This document shows, piece after piece, positions 46,882 through 56,476 of a stretch of 64,000 bases of DNA; the first letter of the stretch is position 1; each line of letters begins with the position of its first letter. Source of the stretch: Phallusia mammillata (taxonomy: Eukaryota); assembly GCA_965637545.1 (NCBI GenBank), contig OZ281499.1, positions 13,392,001-13,456,000 on the forward strand, in the 5' to 3' direction. Both the position numbers and the translations under genes were made by a program. The notes under the pieces are model-generated. The model did no database searches and was not told the origin of the DNA. It saw only the letters and a list, made by a program, of their open reading frames with translations.

Positions 46882-49800
46882 TTAAAAGAACAAAAATTTT
46901 TGCTGCAAATTCTTTGCGAAAGCGGCTTTATTGGCTAGGTATGAGTTGAGAAACTCGAGTTTTTGTTTTATTATTTGCAGACGCCAAATTGCAGTAGTTT
47001 TTATTACTAGTAACGATGTTTCCGAATCGAAGTGATTGTACAATTTGAGATTTGCAGAAGGATCGAATGGAGTTTGGAATTCTTTGAGGAACAGATCATT
47101 TAGGTAAGTTATGATTAAGTTCGGAATTGGGCAATTTGTAAGTAGGTGTTCAACATTGTCGTTGCGATTTTTGCAAAAATTACAGTATAGTTTACGGGGA
47201 TCACCATTTCTTAACCGCAAGAGTCCTGTTTGTCTATAAAAATCTCCCCATTTAAAAGCCTTATGGATGCTTAGGTAAGTGTATTGTCGTTCAAAATTAT
47301 TGAAAAAATATCTTATCTCCTTTTTCAGGAGTAAAGCATTTTTCCAACTGAAATCGGTGATGTGTGATGGCGTGCTATCTATTTCTATCGTTTTAATGAG
47401 CTCATAATAAAAGTGTCTGAGTTTTGCCTTTTGCCAATTGAAGTCATTGTTCTGTTCGATAAGATTTAAGTACGTAGCGTAGATTTTTTGCCAGTCTCTA
47501 TTGGGTTTCCATGCATGGGGTTTTAGGTTATCAAAAAACGTTGGTTTTATCTGTTTTAGCTTTGTACCTAGATTATATCTTGCCCATGCTTGCCAAATTT
47601 CGGTTATGTGTTCTGTTTTCAAAAAATCACGTATTTTTTCAAGATAGATTGCGTCAAGTTTTGTTTCCAGGTGTGGGACTTTAAGGCCGCCTTTTTGTAA
47701 GGTCGAAATGAGTTTCCGTCGGTTTAGTTGTTCGATCTTTCGCGGATGCCAAAAAAATTGGAAAATGATATATTTTAGTTGTTTGATATGGGCTGGGAAA
47801 GGTTTAACTGCACGTGCGAAAAAAAGAATTTTGGGATAAATTAGGGTATTAATTATGGCAATTTTTCCGGTAAAAGATAGTTTACGCGAGGAAAAGGTAG
47901 ATGTTATGTGTTTCGATTGTCTAATTACTGGATTCCAATTTTCATTGTGATCAAAGTTGTTGTTTTTGCATTTTACACCTAGTATTTTTGCACAGGTTTT
48001 AATATAGTCCGGGTATATATGCGTTAGGTCTGTTTGGAGGTTGCGTGAAATAGTAATGATTTCAGTCTTTTCCTGATTGATTTTCTGTCCGCTTGCATTT
48101 TGATACCGTTTCATTAAGTTAAAAATTGTACAGAGGGATTCTTTATTCGAAATTAGGAAGGTAGAGTCGTCTGCGTATTGTTGGATTTTTGTTTGTATGG
48201 TGCCGATTTTTAAACCGCTTATGTTAGTGTTTTTGTTTATTGCACATATCAGTGATTCAGCAACTGCCACGTAGAGTAACATTGACAGACCGCATCCCTG
48301 TCGTACACCTCTGATTATTTTTATTGGTTCTGTTAATTTTCCATTCACATTTACAGTGCTATTTATGTCGTTGTATAGAATTTTGATCCATTTTATCGTG
48401 TATTCATTTATTTTTAAATTTTCCATAATTTTGAACATAAAATCGTGGTCTATCGTATCGAAGGCCTTTTCAATGTCAACCATTACAAGCGCAAGTGGGG
48501 ACTGTTTTTCTTTACTATATTCTATTGCGGTTTTGATGTTGTAGTGAATGTGTTGGATGTATCTCTTATCGAGACCACATTTTTGTTCAATTGACAATTT
48601 TTCATTTAATTCATTCTGGAGGCGACGTGCAACGGTTTTACTGATAATTTTGTAGTCTGCATTAAGCAGCGATATTGGTCTCCAGTTTTTTATCAAGGTC
48701 TTATCTTTCTTTTTGGGGATAAGCTTAACTAACGCGTTCCGTAGCGATGTGGGTAGTTTTTGTGCCATGAAAATGTTATAAACTAGCTCAATGAAGTGCT
48801 CTTTTAAAGTTTGCCAAAAATGTAGATAAAATTCTACAGGGAGGCCATCGTTTCCGGGGGAAGAGTTTTTATTCATTTGGTTTTTGGACAATTCTAGTTC
48901 CTGGAGTGTTATTGGGGCGTCAATTGGGTTAGAGGGGTATGATTTCATTTGGGATACAAAGAAATTTTGGTCAGTATCATTTGTGATGTTTGGTTTCTGC
49001 CATAAGTCTGAGTAGAAAAGATGAACGTCGCCTAAGATTTTGTCTGCGTCGGTTTCAAGTTGATTATTTATTTTGAGCGAACGAATACTACAGCTTTCTT
49101 GTTTATGAGCCTCTATACTAAAAAAGGCTTTGTCAGGTTTTTCGTCGTCGCATTGGTCTTTTATTCTGGCTCGGATCTTAGCACCATGAAGGGTCGATTC
49201 GGTATTTGTTTTAAGCTTTTTTTGCAACTCCAATAGTTTAATGTTTACGTCTAGGTTTTGGGGGTCCATTTGCGCCATAATATCCTCAAACTGTTTTTGG
49301 GTTCTCGCTAGATCGCGTCTTTCAAGTTTTTTTAGATTAACCGCAAAGGTAATGGATTTTTTTCTGATTTTTCTTTTTAGAGTTTCCCACCATTCAGGGA
49401 CGGACGGGTAGTGCTCTTTTTCAGCTTCGAAGTCAAGAATTAGTTTTTTTATAAGCGCATTGTATTCGGGATTTGCTAAAAGCGCAAGATTCAATTTCCA
49501 TTGCGGTTTACCCCATCGTTTTCTTTTATCAAGGTTTAGACAAATGGTTGGTGCGAAGTTGTGATCGGAGAGCAAGGAGTGTTTATGGTTAGCGGAAATT
49601 AGTTGATGAAGCCTATTTATATTACAGTAAATCCGGTCAATTCTAGTTGAGGAACGCGCCGTGATTCGCGTATATATTTTTTTATTTGGTGCGAAAAAAC
49701 GGAAACAGTCTACGAAACCGTATCGTGTAGTCGCTTCAACCCATTGTTTAGCGTCGCAAGCTTTGTTAAAATTGGGATTTAGAGTATCCAACTGAGTTTC

Positions 49801-50271
49801 TACAAAATTAAAGTCTCCACCTATGATTTGGCAGTAGTTTCGGTTATTTGCTAAGGTTTCTGTAATTGCGTTTAAGAGAGTGGTTCTATTTTTCAAATTT
49901 TTTGCGCCAGAGGGGAGGTATACATTGCAGATTATATAGTTTAGGTTATTAATTGCAAAGGAGATTGTTTGTATTTTCTGATAGACCAAGATTTTATGTG
50001 TGATGTCGAGGTTGTGCACGAAGGATTTTTTTATAAAAATCAGAGTGCCATCGTCCACATTTTTTGGGGCATCAGCGCTGTCATTTCGCCAGATTGAATT
50101 AAAATAGAAATCGAAATTGTTGTTTTGAGCCCATAGCGTGAAAAGGTTTTGGTCAATTTGATGTATTTCTTGGAGCAATACTATGTCCGAGTCATCTGTT
50201 TTTAAGAATGCAGATAAGTCGTTCAGTTTGTGTGCAAGTCCATTAATGTTTATTGAGATAATGTGTAACAT
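46882..50271 (-). CDS. ORF2: APE endonuclease + reverse transcriptase + C-terminal CCHC, 1129 aa
   Basis: LLQEIH, GGDFN, RIDRIY, LSDH; WRPISLLNADYK, DIEKAFD, GVRQGCGLS, QYADD; CNFC...EHLLTNC. Confidence 0.95.
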   Translation of the reverse strand: MLHIISININGLAHKLNDLSAFLKTDDSDIVLLQEIHQIDQNLFTLWAQNNNFDFYFNSIWRNDSADAPKNVDDGTLIFIKKSFVHNLDITHKILVYQKIQTISFAINNLNYIICNVYLPSGAKNLKNRTTLLNAITETLANNRNYCQIIGGDFNFVETQLDTLNPNFNKACDAKQWVEATTRYGFVDCFRFFAPNKKIYTRITARSSTRIDRIYCNINRLHQLISANHKHSLLSDHNFAPTICLNLDKRKRWGKPQWKLNLALLANPEYNALIKKLILDFEAEKEHYPSVPEWWETLKRKIRKKSITFAVNLKKLERRDLARTQKQFEDIMAQMDPQNLDVNIKLLELQKKLKTNTESTLHGAKIRARIKDQCDDEKPDKAFFSIEAHKQESCSIRSLKINNQLETDADKILGDVHLFYSDLWQKPNITNDTDQNFFVSQMKSYPSNPIDAPITLQELELSKNQMNKNSSPGNDGLPVEFYLHFWQTLKEHFIELVYNIFMAQKLPTSLRNALVKLIPKKKDKTLIKNWRPISLLNADYKIISKTVARRLQNELNEKLSIEQKCGLDKRYIQHIHYNIKTAIEYSKEKQSPLALVMVDIEKAFDTIDHDFMFKIMENLKINEYTIKWIKILYNDINSTVNVNGKLTEPIKIIRGVRQGCGLSMLLYVAVAESLICAINKNTNISGLKIGTIQTKIQQYADDSTFLISNKESLCTIFNLMKRYQNASGQKINQEKTEIITISRNLQTDLTHIYPDYIKTCAKILGVKCKNNNFDHNENWNPVIRQSKHITSTFSSRKLSFTGKIAIINTLIYPKILFFARAVKPFPAHIKQLKYIIFQFFWHPRKIEQLNRRKLISTLQKGGLKVPHLETKLDAIYLEKIRDFLKTEHITEIWQAWARYNLGTKLKQIKPTFFDNLKPHAWKPNRDWQKIYATYLNLIEQNNDFNWQKAKLRHFYYELIKTIEIDSTPSHITDFSWKNALLLKKEIRYFFNNFERQYTYLSIHKAFKWGDFYRQTGLLRLRNGDPRKLYCNFCKNRNDNVEHLLTNCPIPNLIITYLNDLFLKEFQTPFDPSANLKLYNHFDSETSLLVIKTTAIWRLQIIKQKLEFLNSYLANKAAFAKNLQQKFLFF

Positions 50272-50274
50272 TGT

Positions 50275-51828
50275 TTAGTTAGTGCTTCTTTCTTCTTCTT
50301 GTGACTTGTTCTTCTTCTTTGGTCTTTTCTTTCCGGAGCTTGAGTTTCTTCTTTTCTTTTCTTTTTGTTGTGGTACAAAGAGCTCGTCTAGCTCTTTCTC
50401 GTTACTTCCTACTGTTTTTTCATTGGTTAAAGAATCTTCGTCGAGGGAAGAAGACTCGTCAGCCGTGAAGCTTATTCTTTTGGAAACAAGTTTGACCTTG
50501 CTGGTTATGTGCATCTGGGTGTCAGGGTGTTTTTTGGTTGGATAAGAAGGTGTAGAGGGTTTTGCCGAGTTTTTAATTGGAGATGCCGGTGTGCCATAGG
50601 TCGAGTTTGAGGATTTTGTAGAGGAGAGAAAATCAATTTGTTTGGGGTCCAACTCTGATTTATCCTCTGTTGAGAGCGAGAGTTTTCCAAAGTCTTGAGA
50701 AAGATTTGGAGAAGAGAGTTTTTCCATAGATTCGTCAGGAGGAAATTTTGAAGTCTGGGAACGAACTGGTGTGGAGGGTTTATCTTTAGGTACCTCGGGG
50801 GGAGGGTTTGCCGTCTGGGCACGGTTTGGAGTAGAAGTTTTGTCATCTGGTTCATCAGTGACCATATTTGAAGTCTGTGGACGATTTGTCGTTGTGTCCT
50901 TGGGCTCCTCACTATTTCTGTGAGAAGGTTGGCTAGATGCAAGATTTACTTCTGGGCTATCTTCAATAGGGATTGATTGATTAAGCTTGTCTCGTTTTTC
51001 TTCTTGTATTTCGATTTGCCTTATAAGAGGAGAGAGGTCATCAGGAGTAGTCCGGGGGTCCGGTTTGTCTTTTGGGGTAGATTTCTTAGGGCCCTTTGTT
51101 AGTTTCGGAAAGTTCCTGTCATACTCTTCGTCCGAGGACGATTCACCGTGAGAGGAAGAGATTGATGATCCATAGGGACAATTCTTTGCAAAGTGCCCTT
51201 GCTCTCCACAGATACGGCATTTGAGTTTTCTTGGGCACTGGTTAGCCCAGTGTCCCCTTTGGTTACATGTATTACACGCAGGTCCAAAGGTTTCACCGGG
51301 CTTGGCTATTTGTATGTCATGGCCATACATTTTTACCGTTAGAGGTATGTTGTCTAACTCTACTTCTTCCAAGAAAAGGTGGACATAGCCGTTTAAGATG
51401 TGAGGATACTGTCTATAGGTGAGAAAAGTATGTTTGTTGTAGATTCCCCATTCAAGAATTGATGCTGCAGTGGTAAAGTGTTTTGTTTTAAATTCGGCCG
51501 GGACCGGAAAGAGAGTCAGACGTGTCAAAGGTTTTGGTGGAGTAAAGCTCTGGAGTATAATCGTGTCATCACCATAGGTCCAGCAAAAACTGTTCTTCAG
51601 TTTGCGGTGCAAGAGTGTCAAATCGTGTGTGTGGTTCTCAAAGAAAGATATTTTGTAGATAGATCTGGGTCGGTTGATTACACGGCAGGCTTCTAACATG
51701 TCTTTATATTTTTCTAAAGGAAATCCTTTTTCGAAGAGATTCATGAAGGCATCAAACTTGTAGTAATCCGCTGTTGTGATTTGAATATGGAGAGACCGAT
51801 ATTCAAGCATGTACTTGTCGAAAGGCAT
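50275..51828 (-). CDS. ORF1 gag-like protein with two CCHC zinc knuckles (517 aa from the likely ATG)
   Basis: CNTCNQRGHWANQC and CRICGEQGHFAKNC; low-complexity S/P/T tail and basic C-terminus. Homologous to ORF1 of copies 1 and 2. Confidence 0.88.
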   Translation of the reverse strand: MPFDKYMLEYRSLHIQITTADYYKFDAFMNLFEKGFPLEKYKDMLEACRVINRPRSIYKISFFENHTHDLTLLHRKLKNSFCWTYGDDTIILQSFTPPKPLTRLTLFPVPAEFKTKHFTTAASILEWGIYNKHTFLTYRQYPHILNGYVHLFLEEVELDNIPLTVKMYGHDIQIAKPGETFGPACNTCNQRGHWANQCPRKLKCRICGEQGHFAKNCPYGSSISSSHGESSSDEEYDRNFPKLTKGPKKSTPKDKPDPRTTPDDLSPLIRQIEIQEEKRDKLNQSIPIEDSPEVNLASSQPSHRNSEEPKDTTTNRPQTSNMVTDEPDDKTSTPNRAQTANPPPEVPKDKPSTPVRSQTSKFPPDESMEKLSSPNLSQDFGKLSLSTEDKSELDPKQIDFLSSTKSSNSTYGTPASPIKNSAKPSTPSYPTKKHPDTQMHITSKVKLVSKRISFTADESSSLDEDSLTNEKTVGSNEKELDELFVPQQKEKKRRNSSSGKKRPKKKNKSQEEERSTN

Positions 51829-53378
51829 AGTGAACGATGTATGTAAGCAGATGACTCGGAGAAATAGAAGATAAGCAGAAGTGGAACCTACAGGGATGCG
51901 GTCTGGTAAGTACGGACGAGAAGGAAATTGAAAGGTACTGTTGTAAATCTGAATTAAATTATTTTTTTGATTTCTATGTTTTGGCTGTTTAGGGGAAGTC
52001 CCTTGACTGTTGTCGCAAAACAGGGAGTTTCCCGAAAGAAAGGCCAGAGAACAGATGGACAAAGGGGAATACCCTTTTACTTGCCGAAGACAAAGGGGAA
52101 CTCCCTCCACGAAAACAAGATCTTGGGGGGGACGAAGAGTAGAGCAGCAAGACCAATTAAGCACGAAGACAAATGCGCTTAATTGGTCGGTAAGGGGGGA
52201 AGTCCCAGAGAGCACCTCAGGCACGGGCCTAGGAGGTGGTCAGTGGGGCTTTCCCTAACACACACAAAAAAAGAACAAAGGTACAACTAGCGAAACGCCG
52301 CCGTCGCAGCTCTTATAAGAAAAGCGTAAACAGGGACGTGGCGCTAGGGGGCAAACAAAAAAAGAAAACAAAATGGCGCTACAAAGGTTTAAGACGTGTT
52401 AGATTACCAAGAATTACAACCAAAGGTCACTAGAGGGCCTTACGGGCCAGAAGAGGGCGTTACCCGGTTTGAGGCCTTAAGGGCAAAAAGTTACAGCAGA
52501 AAAGCCTTAGAGGCTCTTAAGTCAGGTTACTAGTTAGTTTTTACCACCAGAGGACCTTTGAGATCCGGTTATAGTTAATTTCAAATTACAGTTACCAGTT
52601 TACAAGAGAACTAAGGTTTATTGGTTACACGGTTAGAAAAAAAGGTATAATAAAACAAACAAACAACAGCCCTGCAAGCGCCTTTGCGCACTTACTGTAC
52701 AAAAAACAAAGTAAATAACACTGCCTGCCTGAAACAACTAAGGGTGAAACGCACCGATAAACATGCAAGAGTAAAACCACACCAAGCAACGTGCAATGCT
52801 TTCCGATTCTATTGAAGTCGGGTATGATGCTTACCTTATTCAAATAGAATACTGTTATAAGGTAACAGGCGGCTACCTGAAGACCGTACATGCTTTATTT
52901 CAAGACACGGGATATTTTTACGAGTGAAATGGCAAGAAAAACATCCCCAGTCAGTTGATGTCGCGCATGATATGTCCACTAGAGCAAAGTAGTGGCCAAA
53001 ACAATGTGATACTAACTTTGTGCAGTGCTACTAGAACATTGTGGCGTGTTTTCCACTTGCGCAGACCTGTTCATGGTGACTTTATCCGGAGCATTGCAAG
53101 CACACAGGTGTGGTAGCCACCCGGTAATTACCGGGTTGGCTCAGCCGCGACTTGCTGGGGCCTGCAGGTCTGGCATAATTACCGAACATAATTAGCCGAC
53201 CAGTCCGTGCAGCTGTGCGCTTCAGCTCAACTTCTGCACCACGGGGAGCCTCATTGGCGCCCCCACGACTTTGTGTGAGGCCCAGCAACACTTCTAATGG
53301 GTAATAAAAAAAAAAACCAACCAACCAACCGTCCGCAGCGTTAGGGAACCGATTTGAAATAATTAAAGTCGAAAAAAG

Positions 53379-53427
53379 TAACACCGAAGTGTTGAAATCG
53401 TGAAATCTTACCTTATTCAAATAGAAT
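53379..53427 (-). ncRNA. SL RNA gene
   Basis: SL exon at 53412-53427 + GTAAG + UUCG hairpin. Confidence 0.88.
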
Positions 53428-53952
53428 ACTGTTATAAGGTAACAGGCGGCTACCTGAAGCCCGTACATGCTTCATTTCAAGACACGGGTTATTTTTACGA
53501 GTGAAATGGCAAGAAAAAATCCCCAGTCAGTCGGTGTCGCGCATGATATGTCCACTAGAGCAAAGTAGTGGCCAAAACAATGTGATACTAACTTTGTGCA
53601 GTGCTACTAGAACATTGTGGCGTGTTTTCCACTTGCGCAGACCTGTTCACGGTGACTTTATCCGGAGCATTGCAAGCACATAGGTGTGGTAGCCACCCGG
53701 TAATTACCGGATTGGCTCCGGCGCGACTTGCTGGGGCCTGCAGGTCTGGCATAATTACCGAACATAATTAGCCGACCAGTCCGTGCAGCTGTGCGCTTCA
53801 GCTCAACTTCTGCACCACGGGGAGCCTCATTGGCGCCCCCACGACTTTGTGTGAGGCCCAGCAACACTTCTAATGGGTAATAAAAAAAAACCAACCAACC
53901 AACCGTCCGCAGCGTTAGGGAACCGATTTGAAATAATTAAAGTCGAAAAAAG

Positions 53953-54001
53953 TAACACCGAAGTGTTGAAATCGTGAAATCTTACCTTATTCAAATAGAA
54001 T
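53953..54001 (-). ncRNA. SL RNA gene
   Basis: SL exon at 53986-54001 + GTAAG + UUCG hairpin. Confidence 0.88.
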
Positions 54002-54528
54002 ACTGTTATAAGGTAACAGGCGGCTACCTGAAGACCGTACATGCTTTATTTCAAGACACGGGATATTTTTACGAGTGAAATGGCAAGAAAAACATCCCAA
54101 GTCAGTTGATGTCGCGCATGATATGTCCACTAGAGCAAAGTAGTGGCCAAAACAATGTGATACTAACTTTGTGCAGTGCTACTGTAACATTGTGGCGTGT
54201 TTTCCAATTGCGCAGACCTGTTCATTTTGAGTTTATTCGAAGCATTGCAGGCACATAGGTGTGGTAGCCACCCGGTAATTACCGGATTGGCTCCGGCGCG
54301 ACTTGCTGGGGCCAGCAGGTCTGGCATAATTACCGAACCTAATTAGCCGATCAGCCCTTGCAGCTGTGCGCTTCAGCTCAACTTCTGGATCACGGGGAGC
54401 CTCATTGGCGCCCCCACGACTTTGTGTGAGGCCCAGCAACACTTCTAATGGGTAATAAAAAAAAAACCAACCAACCAACCGTCCGCAGCGTTAGGGAACC
54501 GATTTGAAATAATTGAAGTCGAAAAAAG

Positions 54529-54577
54529 TAACACCGAAGTGTTGAAATCGTGAAATCTTACCTTATTCAAATAGAAT
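54529..54577 (-). ncRNA. SL RNA gene
   Basis: SL exon at 54562-54577 + GTAAG + UUCG hairpin. Confidence 0.88.
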
Positions 54578-55697
54578 ACTGTTATAAGGTAACAGGCGGC
54601 TACCTGGAGACCGTACATGCTTTATTTCAAGACACGGGATATTTTTACGAGTGAAATGGCAAGAAAAACATCCCCAGTCAGTTGATGTCGCGCATGATAT
54701 GTCCACTAGAGCAAAGTAGTGGCCAAAACAATGTGATACTAACTTTGTGCAGTGCTACTGTAACATTGTGGCGTGTTTTCCAATTGCGCAGACCTGTTCA
54801 TTTTGAGTTTATTTGAAGCATTGCAGGCACATAGGTGTGGTAGCCACCCGGTAATTACCGGATTGGCTCCGGCGCGACTTGCTGGGGCCAGCAGGTCTGG
54901 CATAATTACCGAACCTAATTAGCCGATCAGCCCTTGCAGCTGTGCGCTTCAGCTCAACTTCTGGATCACGGGGAGCCTCATTGGCGCCCCCACGGCTTTG
55001 TGTAAGGCCCAGCAACACTTCTAATGGGTAATAAAAAAACAAACCTACCAACCAACCGTCCGCAGCGTTAGGCAACCGATTTGAAATAATTAAAGTCGAA
55101 AAAAAGTAACACCGAAGTGGCATCTTTTGTTTATTGTAACGCCAATAAACGAAGCGATACGAAAAACTCAATGCGATAATAAAAACAAACAACGAAATCA
55201 TCAGGCCGATGAATTTCGGGCACGTCACGCCTGACAACGCGGTGCCGTTACCCCTCGGGGTTGGTCAATAAGAGAAGAAGAAAGTCAGGGCCATTACTCC
55301 CCGCCTTGGCGGATATGCTTGGGCCCTGCGAGAAGCGGCGCGAAGTGAAAAGAAAAAGGTAAAGACGTCACGAGTACCCGACATAGAAATCGTAGTACGA
55401 ATAACGAAAAATAAAACACGCACGCACGAACGAATATAAAAAACAAAAAAAAATGACGTCACCGGTACACGACATAAAAATCGTAGTACAAGAGACACGC
55501 ACGAGAAAATAGAGAGCGAAACAAACAAGGGTCACGTGAAGCACGCAAGAAAACAAAAACGGTTGAGAATTGTAAGGCAAAAAGACAGGGTCTTCGCTCC
55601 CCGCCGACGACGGGTATGCATTGACCCTGGGAGAAGGGCGAAGAGGGAAGGTAGAAAGGAGCATTGCATACACTACCGATCTCAAACATTAATTTTA

Positions 55698-55770
55698 GGG
55701 GGAAGATCAGGATTAGAACCCGTGATCTGTTTATTACGGGACTTACGCCGTTACCACTAGACTATTCAAT
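55698..55770 (-). other. Degenerate tRNA-like/Pol III A-B box segment in the 3' UTR
   Basis: A box TAGTCTAGTGG (55754-55764) and B box GGTTCTAATCC (55710-55720) at tRNA-like spacing; the acceptor stem does not pair. Confidence 0.45.
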
Positions 55771-56476
55771 GGTAGTGGGCAACGGTTCAAAATTGTGGGC
55801 TTTTTCTCTTGGGAATTATCGGGAGGGGGAAACAAAAGAAACTATACTGTTAAGAAATGGAAAATACAAAGTCAGGGTCGTCGCTCCCCACAATTGGTGG
55901 ATATGCTTGACCCTGGGAGGATGCGAAAAGAGAGAAGTAGAAAGCAAATTCATGCAAAAGTATCGTATTTTATGAAACTGAGAACTCCATATCGGGGTTT
56001 CTCGAAAGCGAAAATCGTTTCGACGCGGTCCGGACACCGCTGCCTAATTGAATAATACGCATGGCGCACAAGTCACCATGGTTTCGCCACTAGTCGTTTG
56101 TGGCGTGCATATATGCACACTGTTCAAGTACTCGGTGGAAGCGCTGCGGGTCTGCAGCAAATAAATACGGTAAATGGAAACAAAATTTTTCAAAACAGGG
56201 TCAATGAAAAAAAAGTAACTGGGGATGTTTGATGTTAATCTATGACGCTCTCGGTTGTCTTTAGGAGTTGCAGGGTGAATAGAAAAAAAAAGGCAATACA
56301 GTAACGGAAAAAAGGAATTAGTGTAAAAAATTTGGCTGTGCGTGAGAAACAAACAAAATGGCGAAACAAAATTAAGCAGGTCGTCGAAATTGGAATTTAT
56401 GCAAATTAGTTCCTACGGTTGGTTGAGATCGGATTTTTATGTGACAACCGGAGACGTCCCTAGAAGCGTTAGTCTG

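Larger units (their letters stand above)
46246..52850 (-). mobile_element. L1/Tx1-clade retrotransposon, copy 3: full-length, intact, inserted in an SL RNA gene
   Basis: The ~33-nt poly(A) joins SL gene nt +43. The 5' end joins SL exon + GTAAG (52830-52850) with the SL promoter upstream. Both ORFs are open. Confidence 0.95.
52830..55119 (-). repeat. SL RNA gene tandem array, right block (4 spacer units)
   Basis: SL +1 positions at 52850, 53427, 54001 and 54577 (periods 577, 574, 576). Confidence 0.92.

Noticed and set aside
51829-52224. N-terminal 132-aa extension of copy 3 ORF1 given by the ORF track
   Set aside because: Homology to ORF1 of copies 1 and 2 begins only near the ATG at 51828, so the extension is probably 5' UTR.
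53082-55237. Recurrent short ORFs in the array (e.g. 53082-53468, 53501-53683, 54809-55237)
   Set aside because: They recur only because the unit repeats, have variable frames and stops between units, and resemble no known protein.
55586-55644. HDV-like or twister ribozyme assignment for the 3' UTR motif (GG after P1, GCGAA)
   Set aside because: There is no P3/L3 hairpin before the P1 3' strand, no consistent P2 partner and no twister UAA. The motif is kept as an unclassified structure.
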